IMG/VR virus record: IMGVR_UViG_3300025141_000026
DNA: 64,000 nt
From: a virus
Reading direction: 5' to 3' (one strand)
Shown: piece after piece, positions 28,224-37,500 of the stretch
Numbering within the stretch: position 1 is the stretch's first letter
How the letters are laid out: each line of letters opens with the position of its first letter
Position numbers and translations under genes: made by a program
The notes under the pieces: generated by a model
Seen by the model: only the letters and a program-made list of their open reading frames with translations
What the model was told of the DNA's origin: nothing
The model's database searches: none

Positions 28224-28610
28224 TTATAGTCTGATGTTCTTTTGAAGGTGGTCCCCTGCTTTACGCATGTCAGTCTCCAACTTGTGTAAATAAGCGGAAA
28301 TCAAAACAAAGCGAGCGACAAATTCAATTTCGTCCCCCGGCAACACATCACCAAATTTTTTATCTTCAGCGTTCTTGTGTTCGTAAATGTAGTTGAATAG
28401 ATATTGCTCTGTCCTTATGCCGACTTGCGCTCCCAGTTTATCATGGGGCGAGTGACAAGGTTTGCACTGTGCGACCCAGACGTTTGATTTAGTTCGCATA
28501 ATTGATGCGTCTTGTGCCTGAACAGTGATGGGTATAAACAGTAGTAGAATAAAACTACTTTTTAGTTTTCTTAGATTTCTTCTTTTTAGGAGGCTTTGCA
28601 GCATTGTCAT
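28224..28610 (-). CDS. Exported c-type cytochrome-like protein
   Basis: Signal-peptide-like FILLLFIPITVQA-Q, CKPCH heme-binding motif, C-terminal L..DEIEFVARFV helix. Exact start uncertain. Confidence 0.55.
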   Translation of the reverse strand: MTMLQSLLKRRNLRKLKSSFILLLFIPITVQAQDASIMRTKSNVWVAQCKPCHSPHDKLGAQVGIRTEQYLFNYIYEHKNAEDKKFGDVLPGDEIEFVARFVLISAYLHKLETDMRKAGDHLQKNIRL

Positions 28611-28782
28611 CCCTTATCTTAACCACGAATGGTTTCAAATTAGTAGTATCTGAAAGTTTCCTGACCTTTGCTTCCGAATGGACTGCTGACAGTTCGCTTC
28701 TCTTTCGATCTGCTTCTTCAAATGAAGAAAACTTAGCAACAGTGGTCCATGGTCTACTTACAGTTTCATTCTCTTTTGACAT
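28555..28782 (-). CDS. Small basic hypothetical protein
   Basis: 75-aa ORF with GAGGT RBS; Lys-rich tail. Confidence 0.6.
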   Translation of the reverse strand: MSKENETVSRPWTTVAKFSSFEEADRKRSELSAVHSEAKVRKLSDTTNLKPFVVKIRDDNAAKPPKKKKSKKTKK

Positions 28783-28809
28783 TCTAACCTCTCTTTTTTA
28801 TATTGTCAA
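28781..28809 (-). promoter_or_regulatory. Sigma70-type promoter
   Basis: TTGACA (28809-28804), 17-nt spacer, TAGAAT (28786-28781). Confidence 0.55.
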
Positions 28810-28812
28810 GAA

Positions 28813-29373
28813 TTATTTTTCGTCTTTTGCGTCTAGGTATGCGGCGACAGCCATTTGTTGCCTCTTCTTTTTGCCTTTACCTTTGAATTGCGGTGCCTTA
28901 GATTTGTAGAAGTCATCCACATATGCACCTGCTCCGTCAGATGGCTTTAGTTTTTCTCCAAGCCCCAACTGAGCTTCTTCCTCTTCTGGTCACTGTTCTT
29001 GTAAATCGTCATCTTCGTTTACTGTTCTTGGGGAATCTAAAGTTTCACCGCTAGTAACATCTTTGACAACAGACATAAGAAACTCAACTGCTTTATCGTG
29101 CATGTCTTGCGGATCTTTTGAAACAGGTTCTCCAGTACCAGCATATGTTTGAGCTACATCTGTTGGCGTAGTCATTTCTTGGTATGCTGCACCAATAGCT
29201 GCTTCAAGATTTTGAATAGTCTCTACGTCAATACTTTCGTCCAATTGTTCGTCTTGTTGTTCTAACTCTTCTTGGACTTCTTCTCCAAACATCTCACCAG
29301 CTTCTTCGTTTGTAAGAACAACTTGAAGCTCTTCTCTAATGATTTGTTTAAGTCTTGCTTTTGTCATTTTCAT
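28813..29373 (-). CDS. Putative selenoprotein B (127 aa + UGA + 58 aa), probable internal head protein
   Basis: In-frame TGA at 28990-28992. The frame continues as PEEEEAQLGLGEKLKPSDGAGAYVDDFYKSKAPQFKGKGKKKRQQMAVAAYLDAKDEK to TAA at 28813; a SECIS-like hairpin follows the TGA. Confidence 0.6.
28960..28976 (-). promoter_or_regulatory. SECIS-like hairpin 2
   Basis: AAGCUC-AGUU-GGGGCUU starting 13 nt after the in-frame UGA; one bulged G. Confidence 0.55.
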
Positions 29374-29723
29374 TTATTTGATCTCTCCTTGTCGTCGTCA
29401 TCTTGCTTGGCATGCATATGCTCATTTACAAGAGTCTGCTCGATGTCTGATTCTGTCAAGTTTCTGATGATTGTATCACCAAATTTCATATCATAAACGC
29501 CGATATCGCCATTCTCATTGAGAGAGTGCCAAAGAACTTTTCCAACGGCGTTTTTTTCGTTGATTCCGTATCTTTCCTGTAAAGCTGAACTCAGCTTTCC
29601 TTCCTTCATTCATTTGTGTTTGAGGTCGTCAAGTTCCTTTTCAAGTTCTTTCTTTCTTTTCTTCTCAGCTTTTGTGAGTTCTTCTGCGATAATCTCTTTT
29701 AATCGTTGTTTTGTAATTTTCAT
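29370..29723 (-). CDS. Putative selenoprotein A (37 aa + UGA + 79 aa), probable internal head protein
   Basis: ATG at 29723 with RBS gives MKITKQRLKEIIAEELTKAEKKRKKELEKELDDLKHK, then TGA (29610-29612) in frame with MKEGKL...EHMH; a SECIS-like hairpin follows. Confidence 0.6.
29581..29598 (-). promoter_or_regulatory. SECIS-like hairpin 1
   Basis: Perfect 7-bp stem AAAGCUG-AGUU-CAGCUUU starting 11 nt after the UGA. Confidence 0.65.
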
Positions 29724-29732
29724 GTTATTCCC

Positions 29733-30671
29733 TCATAATGAATTTATAGCTTCGTAGAGTAAGTAGTTTTCATCATTCAAAAAAGAAGCCCTAGATTTTC
29801 TCTGCAAAAACTCCTCTTTTGACATCTCGCCAACATCGGTATATGGGAGTATGTCAATCTTGTATACTTTTATATCATAGGACAGCAATTTCTGTATGAT
29901 TCTCCTCGTCTTTTTCTCTGCGTCGGGGTCAAGTGCTAAGTATACATCTGATCCGTGATTTACTATGTCTTGAAATAGTTTTCCATCTTCTTTAATATAA
30001 GAGCCAAGAATCGGAATAGCATTGGCTCCTGCAACAACTGCATCAAATACACCCTCGACAAGAGTGATATCTTTTGTCCAATCAACCATTAGTTGGTTGA
30101 ACACAATATTCTTTGATACTGGTGGGTTCTTGTACTTTGGAAATGCATCGCCGTAAGCTCTGCCAACAAAATAATTTAGACAGCCTCTGTCATCAAACGA
30201 TGGGATCATAACTCGACCAGCATACTCGCCCTCTGAGCAATAGCCCATCTTCCAGTTGATAATGTCTTCTTCGGAAACATCACGGCTCTTCAAATATCTT
30301 TTGACTCGTTTGGTGTCATAGCAATCGCTTGCACTGACAAGAGACTTGAATTCTCTTGGCAAGCGTACTTTTATTGGTGGGTCAACTTCTTCCTGAGCAA
30401 ACAGGGAGTCAAAGTCTAGGATATTGGTGCGGTTGGTTAGTTTGTCCCACTCTGCCAATTCATCACGAGAGCCAAACTTTCTGACTAACCTGCGAATATC
30501 ATTGCCGCTCGTTTCACAGATCCAGCATTTGTATTTGTTTTTTGGTATGTTTACGGAGAGTTTCTTTTTGTGGTGATTGCAAAAGCCGCACTTAAAAATG
30601 TATTCTTCACCAGATGCATAATATCTACCCAAGGCATCACTGAGAATGTTTACTTTTTTCTGCTCTGACAA
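29733..30671 (-). CDS. DNA primase (Zn finger + TOPRIM)
   Basis: CGFC...CWIC Zn finger, YLKSR, RVMIP, KYKNP, LVEGVFD, LDPD motifs. Confidence 0.9.
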   Translation of the reverse strand: MSEQKKVNILSDALGRYYASGEEYIFKCGFCNHHKKKLSVNIPKNKYKCWICETSGNDIRRLVRKFGSRDELAEWDKLTNRTNILDFDSLFAQEEVDPPIKVRLPREFKSLVSASDCYDTKRVKRYLKSRDVSEEDIINWKMGYCSEGEYAGRVMIPSFDDRGCLNYFVGRAYGDAFPKYKNPPVSKNIVFNQLMVDWTKDITLVEGVFDAVVAGANAIPILGSYIKEDGKLFQDIVNHGSDVYLALDPDAEKKTRRIIQKLLSYDIKVYKIDILPYTDVGEMSKEEFLQRKSRASFLNDENYLLYEAINSL

Positions 30672-31201
30672 ATTTCGTATCCTGCTTTTGCTATAATAAT
30701 ACTGTCAGCAATGTCATAATATTTCGGTTTGAGATTGCCTGATTTTGTATACTCTACAGTAAATTTAGGTTCGCTGTCAAGCAAAAACTTAACAACTTGT
30801 TCTTTTGCCTTTGTGCCTTTTTTGATAGTAATACCACAGGATTTACGAGCAGATGAGGCGGAAAGATGTTCTGGCTTTATTCCAAGTTCCCTAAAGCAAA
30901 GATATGTCACAACTCCGTTGAAAGATGAGAGCGTTGATAGGGTTTTGGCTGATGAGAAGCCAGAGCGGAACATTTGGAGGCTTTGCTCGATAAAAATGTG
31001 AGAAAATATATCACTACCTTCATACCATGTTTGGTGACGAAGGTGTCTTACTGTTTCAAACACTTTTTGATATTTTGCATAAATGTCTGGATAGTGGTTT
31101 TTATTTCGCAAATCCAGTGCGTCAGTTTTTATAATTTTGCCGTCTTTGTCGAGAATTGTTATGCCAATGATACTTGTTGAAATGTCTAAGCCTAAAATCA
31201 T
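30650..31201 (-). CDS. RuvC-like Holliday junction resolvase
   Basis: ILGLDISTS..G, IFIEQ, K..V, DIADS motifs. Confidence 0.8.
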   Translation of the reverse strand: MILGLDISTSIIGITILDKDGKIIKTDALDLRNKNHYPDIYAKYQKVFETVRHLRHQTWYEGSDIFSHIFIEQSLQMFRSGFSSAKTLSTLSSFNGVVTYLCFRELGIKPEHLSASSARKSCGITIKKGTKAKEQVVKFLLDSEPKFTVEYTKSGNLKPKYYDIADSIIIAKAGYEICQSRKK

Positions 31202-31206
31202 ATATA

Positions 31207-32394
31207 TTATATATCAAGTTTTAGCTTAAATGTAAACTCCCTGTCTTCAGTTTTTTTGACAGGGTTTGCAACTTTAGCAACGCCGATGAGGTTTTTGTCT
31301 TTGTCATAAATTCCAACTCTAGAAATAAATGTTTGTTTTTCAAAAGACCCTGTTGGATCAGCATATGAACTCGAAACAATATTTTTTATTGGTATTCGGG
31401 GGTTTTCTTTGAATTGAGTTGAGTTCGTTTTGCTACCAAACGTCGTTATTCTAGAATTATAATCAATGTATGTTGGGTTGCTGGAGTAATTCAATTGCCC
31501 TTTGGGTGCATGCGCTAACATTGTCAAAACAGGAATATAATTAGTCCCCTGAAAAGACATGTCAAAACTTGATGACGGTACATTATGTGATGGGTATGAT
31601 CCCGTCGTTCCAAAATAGATCCATTTAGCAGTTGTGCTGCTCCCACCAACGACATAATCCTCTTGATGAGAAGATATATTCCAGCTACCAGTTAGCAATA
31701 CAAATCCTTCATTGTATAGAACAACCCCTGCGATTGAACCAGAACCTGTTGAGCCTTCGGGACCTGTTTGGACCAATTCTCCATTCTTCTTTATATCTTT
31801 GCATTCAGCAGCTAGGGTTCCGGTAATATAAAACTTTAGACTAACTGTGCCTTTGTCTATTGAAGACCCATAAAAAATAGAGGGAATGCTAATCATAGAA
31901 ATGTTTTGCTGCCCCTTGTCAAATCCAAGAAAAGAAGAACTGTATTCATAGTGACCACTTAGATTCTTGTAAAAGTTTAATGTATTTTTTAGTGCAAATA
32001 ATCTTGGCTTGTTAACAGTGGTACCGACAATATCTACTGTACCACCATCTAAGTAATCTCTTGATATGCCAGCGGCTAAAGGGTAGGTTCCTGTGATTGT
32101 AGTCCCGTATTGAAATTGGTTGAATGCGTTTGTACTAATAGTCCTAAAAGATGTTCTACTGCCTCCTTTTGTTATAAAGGGGTAGATGAGGCTATCACTT
32201 GGTCTATCTATGTTTAGTTCATACAAACTGATTGAGCCGGGTGATACATGTTTCTCGTTTGCAGAAAAGGACCCTGATCTTTCTTGTTTGTTGTTATAAA
32301 ACACCTTTGAATCATTTATATAAAACTGTACATAAGGATGTGTTTCAATCCGATTGTAGAAAGTATCATTTTGTTTAAAAGTATAATAGAACAT
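31207..32394 (-). CDS. Virion/baseplate structural protein
   Basis: C-terminal NYSSNPTY...ISRVGIYD...LIGVAKVANPVKK..FKLKLD, paralogous to 32436-33488. Confidence 0.65.
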   Translation of the reverse strand: MFYYTFKQNDTFYNRIETHPYVQFYINDSKVFYNNKQERSGSFSANEKHVSPGSISLYELNIDRPSDSLIYPFITKGGSRTSFRTISTNAFNQFQYGTTITGTYPLAAGISRDYLDGGTVDIVGTTVNKPRLFALKNTLNFYKNLSGHYEYSSSFLGFDKGQQNISMISIPSIFYGSSIDKGTVSLKFYITGTLAAECKDIKKNGELVQTGPEGSTGSGSIAGVVLYNEGFVLLTGSWNISSHQEDYVVGGSSTTAKWIYFGTTGSYPSHNVPSSSFDMSFQGTNYIPVLTMLAHAPKGQLNYSSNPTYIDYNSRITTFGSKTNSTQFKENPRIPIKNIVSSSYADPTGSFEKQTFISRVGIYDKDKNLIGVAKVANPVKKTEDREFTFKLKLDI

Positions 32395-32435
32395 AGAATT
32401 ATTATCCGCTTACAAATAAATAGTATATCTGCGCT

Positions 32436-33488
32436 TTAATAATCTAATCTAACTCTAAGAGTGAGTTCGGTGTCTGGTTGTTTCTTGATTGGCTCTGAAA
32501 CTTTTGCCACTGCCAGAAGCTCATTGTCAGCAGAATATAAACCAACAGTTGTTATGTAAGATACCGGCATATCAAAGGTATTTGTTTTTACTCTTATTTT
32601 ACTTCCGGATAAGTAGGTTGGATTCGTGCTATAATTGAAATCATTGTGGTTAGCTCTACAAAAATAAATTGTCGAGTTCAATTCCGTGGTGTTATTGAAT
32701 GCAAGATTGTGCCAAGAGTTTCTGATACTATCGCAAGAAGCAGAAATGGTGGCACCAGACAACACAGTGTTTACGCTGCCTGTGTCATATCCCGCACCAG
32801 AGAAACCAAACTCGCCATCCCAGATGGATGATGTAAGGACAGCAATTCCAGCTTGGTAATATACGTGACCAACGCCTGAGTTCACATTGGGTGTTGCTGA
32901 TGACGTGTAAAGAATGCCGTATTCGCCAGCAGGAGAGTTGATTCTAAATTCATTTTGAGCGTTGTGATCAGCGATTGATTTTGCATCAGTCCTTGCAGAC
33001 GGAATCCCCCCTGTATAGAATGAAAACGACACGGTTCCCTTCTTGACCTCATCCTTGTTTAGCAGTCTAGCAAAGTTGACAAAAAATACTTCTTTCATCT
33101 TTACACCACCGCCTGCGATGTCTCCATCTTGATCAAATTGTCTAATATTTCCTGTTACATCATGACCTACCAATAATTGAGCCATTTGATTGTAAATATT
33201 GATTTTTTTGTTTTGATCCGCAGCAACAGCAGAGGACTTAGAGAGGGCAGAATCATTCGCATATCCGCAAGTTATATCATATATGTGGTTTGCGGAAGAA
33301 CTGAGATATGGGTAGTCATAAACAGATTGGAACATTTCATGTCCATAATTTTTGATATTAGACGAAGTTGTAGATCCTTCGTTATAAGTCCCAGAAACAA
33401 TTGTGCCTGTGATTGGGATTGCCTCGTGTAATAGAGTTCTAGTTGAAGTAATGTCGTTGTTTAGAAATGTTTTATAAGTTGTTGCCAT
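32436..33488 (-). CDS. Virion/baseplate structural protein
   Basis: FNYSTNPTY...YITTVGLY..NELLAVAKVSEPIKK..RVRLDY. Confidence 0.65.
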   Translation of the reverse strand: MATTYKTFLNNDITSTRTLLHEAIPITGTIVSGTYNEGSTTSSNIKNYGHEMFQSVYDYPYLSSSANHIYDITCGYANDSALSKSSAVAADQNKKINIYNQMAQLLVGHDVTGNIRQFDQDGDIAGGGVKMKEVFFVNFARLLNKDEVKKGTVSFSFYTGGIPSARTDAKSIADHNAQNEFRINSPAGEYGILYTSSATPNVNSGVGHVYYQAGIAVLTSSIWDGEFGFSGAGYDTGSVNTVLSGATISASCDSIRNSWHNLAFNNTTELNSTIYFCRANHNDFNYSTNPTYLSGSKIRVKTNTFDMPVSYITTVGLYSADNELLAVAKVSEPIKKQPDTELTLRVRLDY

Positions 33489-33502
33489 TTTGTTTCCTTA
33501 TC

Positions 33503-34453
33503 CTATATCTTTTTCAAAAATCTGATTGGTAGATCTATTCTATACCCAGTTGTTGCCCCACTAATTCTCACTGTTGAATCAATGTAATAAAAACTTGTTC
33601 CAGCACTACCGATTCCTAAATCACTAGCAGTGATGGTGTCACCCAGTTGTGTAAACAAGAAGGTGCTTGAATTTAGATCTATTGAGGCTTTGATTCTAAA
33701 TAAAATTCTAGTCCCTCTTGGTCCTGCGACTGCGGTTGCGCCTTGTTCTTTTTTCGTTGGGTTACTAAAAGTTCCAACATATAGCGTGTCAGTGTTCAGA
33801 GTTAAATAATAACTAGCGATCTGATCATCGTCGATAAAACTGACCTTTGCTGTTTGAGCAGTCTTTGGTGAGTAAACTTGCCCCAGTCTATTATCAATTT
33901 CAACAATGTATTGGGTTTCCACTAAATCTGCATCTAATGGGAAAGTTCGTGGGATTTCAGTTGTGTCCAAACCTTGATGTGCTGCAATGTAATTTGCTTC
34001 ATCATTAGGGCTCGCTCCAAAAAGAACTCCATTTGGTACAGCGTTGCCATCTTGTGCAGTTATTACATCGTTTTGTGTATCATCATCTACCAAGATCAAA
34101 TAAGAAGTTCCATCACCAAGACCACTATATGGTGCTGCAACGGAACCTGCTGTGACTTGCTTGATTATTGGCAAATACAAGAGGTTTGTTCTTGGAACAG
34201 AAATCAATTTTGACTTCATCAAAGAAGTGTTATTTGTAAAAGCTTCTAGCACGGGGGTCTGTAAGATAGAAAGATCATAATAAGCTGAACCACTGGCGTT
34301 GTTCTTGTCGTACAACTGATAGTTGATTTCATCGTCGCCTAGAGCAAACTTTGCAATTCTAAAACTGCCATCTCCTCTTGCTAATCTATGCCGACCTGTA
34401 TCCGTCAATACGGCATCCAAAATAATATCTCCGCTGTTATCTAAAAAAGCCAT
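33503..34453 (-). CDS. Virion/baseplate structural protein
   Basis: MAFLDNSGDIILDAVLTDTGR..LARGDGSFRIAKFALGDDEINY N-terminus, related to that of 41877-42989. Confidence 0.65.
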   Translation of the reverse strand: MAFLDNSGDIILDAVLTDTGRHRLARGDGSFRIAKFALGDDEINYQLYDKNNASGSAYYDLSILQTPVLEAFTNNTSLMKSKLISVPRTNLLYLPIIKQVTAGSVAAPYSGLGDGTSYLILVDDDTQNDVITAQDGNAVPNGVLFGASPNDEANYIAAHQGLDTTEIPRTFPLDADLVETQYIVEIDNRLGQVYSPKTAQTAKVSFIDDDQIASYYLTLNTDTLYVGTFSNPTKKEQGATAVAGPRGTRILFRIKASIDLNSSTFLFTQLGDTITASDLGIGSAGTSFYYIDSTVRISGATTGYRIDLPIRFLKKI

Positions 34454-34469
34454 GTTATTCCCTCTTTCT

Positions 34470-34495
34470 GTAAATAGTGCTACTGTTTAAATAGT
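34470..34495 (-). promoter_or_regulatory. Two tandem putative late promoter motifs ACTATTTA
   Basis: Copies at 34470-34478 and 34487-34495. Confidence 0.55.
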
Positions 34496-34519
34496 CAGTT
34501 TTTTTCAATTATCCCAATA

Positions 34520-37500
34520 CTATGGTCTGTGTTTTGAAAATAAACCGCCTTCCGCATTTTCTGCTAAGTTGTTTTGTTGTTTTTTGGTAAATGTTATATT
34601 CAAATCTATTTGCTTGCCGGATGACTTTGAAGTAATTCTTATCTTAAATTTTTTGCCCCATAAAGCAGTTTGTGCAGTGCCTAGATTTATATCGCCCTCT
34701 GTTCCGATCTCCCCATAGTCATATGCAGACGGAAGAGGGCTATCGCTATTTGGAACACTTAGTAACGTCTGTTGAAAGACTGGTTTTACTTGTAGATATT
34801 TTTTGAAACTTTTACCAACTTCTTTTATGTCAGGTTCGTCAAGTTCAACAATATTTTGTATCATATATACTGTGCCACCGTCGTCAACCATCTCTACTTC
34901 AAATATAGGAGAGGGATTAGAGACGTGTCCATGAACATCTACCACTCTGAACATATAATAATATTTCTTATTTGGTTTTATATCGTCTCTTAGTGACGCT
35001 GAATCTGTGCTTACATGACCCACCTCTGCTTCGTGGAAGCCATCAATGGTGGTTAGTAAGTTATCCGCGAAATCAAAATAGCTTGATGGCTTCTTGTCTA
35101 TTCTGTAGACTTCAAAATATCCACCATCTCCTAAAGGATCATCACTCTTATACGCTATTGGTGGTTCAGAATCGAACGGGGTTATTTTTACCTTTTGAGA
35201 TTCAGCAATTTTTAGGTATTGCTCCTTTTCTTCTGGGTCGATTATGATTGGTTTCATAGAATACTCGCCCACATTTTGATTAAGGTTGATCAATAATTTA
35301 TTATTTAGACCTTTGTACGGAGTTATGAGAGCATCCGGAAACACAGGGGGCTTGTCTATAACTACACCCCTAGAAGACCCATAACTAAGTCTAAGTAACC
35401 TATAGTCTGGGCGGTATCTAATTTTTACTTTGGCTGTCATGAAATTGCCACCTATTTCACTTATTGTTGGATCAACATGTGCACTGGTGAATATGTTATT
35501 ATACGCTTTTTTGCTGTCAAATAAGTTTTCTGTCAGTGTCAAAGTTTCAGAATCAAAATTCAATTCAGCACCAGTCCTATCAGTGGGATCTACATCGCTA
35601 GCTAATATAGTGGAGCCTTCCGCAAACACACTTTTCTTATTAACGTCAATCTGTGGTTTTGGCTCCGTTGGCTGACGAAGGGGACCTGTGCCTGTGCCGG
35701 GGAGTGATTCAGAATATTTTGCGATATCAGAATAATCCGTACCATCAAAGTTCATCTCTGAAATGATTTCGGGTGTTTTATACTCATAATTCATTCCAAA
35801 TGATAAAACAATTGCAGTTATATCATATTGATATTGTATTCCATAGCTAACTTGAGTATCAATAAACTTTATAACATCTGTTTCACTTGAGTTTAAGAAG
35901 TAGTATTCTTGTATTAGGTCGCCAACAGTTCCGTCTTCTCCAACTTGTCTTTTTCCCACCTCATACATTATGGTCTCTGTATAATTGCTGTCGCCAGACA
36001 TCATAGCAGCAAAAGATCGGTGGTGTTGTTTTTCTAATTTTTTTATTTTTCCATATAAAATAGCAGACAACATCACTCTCTGCATCTCATTGGATGGGCT
36101 AGAAAGTAAAAATTCTTCGTTTTCGTCTTTTGCAACAAAGATTGAATTTTCACTAAACATATTTTTTAAATCAGAACTATTGAAAGTGCTTTTTACATAG
36201 TCAATTTGCTCTTGAGTCAGTCCAAAATTGCTAACAGATCCAGCTTTCCCATCTCCTATCAAGTTGCCAAAGTCTACAGAGGCTAAAAACGCAATCATAC
36301 TAGTTGTGTCTACAAGTGTGTTAGTGTCTATCTGCAATTCGGAGGTGGTTTTTTTATCTCCTTCAAAATTAGAAAAACTTGTTTTCTTTTCTACAATGGT
36401 AAAAGGGATTTTTTCCCTCATGACATTTGAATTGTTATCAAAAAGAGATTGGTCTGAAAACCTTTTGCTGTTATTTATTGAGTAGTACCTCATAAAATGA
36501 TTGGACAAGGCAGTTTGCCTCAGTGTGTCGCCAACAACATTAGTAACACCAGTGCTAAATTCTAATTCATTATACATTGGGAACATAAATTTTTGATCAT
36601 TATAATTCTGTAATATATCGGTGTCTTGCATAGGATAGAATACTAAGTTTTGCTTTTTACCTACACTCTGATTCAGTATGTTCAATTTATTTGGAAATTG
36701 TTTTATCTCATTAGTCAAATTGCTAGACCAATAATTGAAATATTGCCCCGAAGCTGCTGGTGCTTCTTTAAGATTATTGTTTTCTAGTATATTGTTTTCG
36801 TTTATCTTCAAAGCGTCGTAACTAAATTCGCTAACTATACCGTCCAAAGTTATTATTCTTTCGTACCTCAAGAAGTCAGGATGTTCGTCTGTTACGTTCT
36901 TTGACGCAAACGAAGCAATAAAAACATACATATTCGGCAGCAAGTTTTCTGGGACATTGTGATCCATTATTGCATCTTCGTATGATTTTATGTAAAAGTT
37001 GTACTCCGAACTTACAGAGAAAAAAGGTGTTTTTATACCTAAATTCATCTGTGATAATTCGCTCTGATCTTCTACAATTGGTGTATAAGAATCTACAACG
37101 TGATCAATGTATTGTTGGTTTGGATTTAGCCACGGGGAGCATATTTCTTGAGGTCCAAAAGTGTTCGATATACTTGGATCATTTGCACTCAATTCAGCAA
37201 AATCTAACAGGGCTGCACAGGGTCCTTTGGATACCTCAGAGCCCACTGGTGGGGGGAGAATTGACAACTTTCTTTTCCACCAATCTTGTATCAACATCAA
37301 AATTTGTTCTGATTGTGTTTCTATAACTTTCTCGATGTAAATATCTACTGATTCCTGTAAATTTAGGTTGCTGCCCTGTACGCCGTGTTCCTTTATTGTG
37401 GCGTTTGTCATGCTCAGTATGTCTTCGTTACTCATCGCTCCAAAAGTTTGTTTTATTTCGTCTTTAGATACATTAAAAACCCCTTGAGCAAAAGTTCCAT

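Noticed and set aside
16988-29735. Genome-wide TGA reassignment (code 4/25)
   Set aside because: Many genes end at TGA in ATGA stop-start overlaps (e.g. 17998, 20867, 21151, 23719, 24305), several with further stops soon after, and very long ORFs are intact under code 11. Only two UGAs carry the hairpin.
29721-29735. Primase TGA in frame with the downstream gene
   Set aside because: TGAGGG forms the downstream RBS, and no hairpin follows.
31202-31236. Sigma70 promoter for a leaderless resolvase mRNA
   Set aside because: TTTACA-TATAAT spacing is 19 nt and the -10 is only 4 nt from the ATG; too weak in an AT-rich context.
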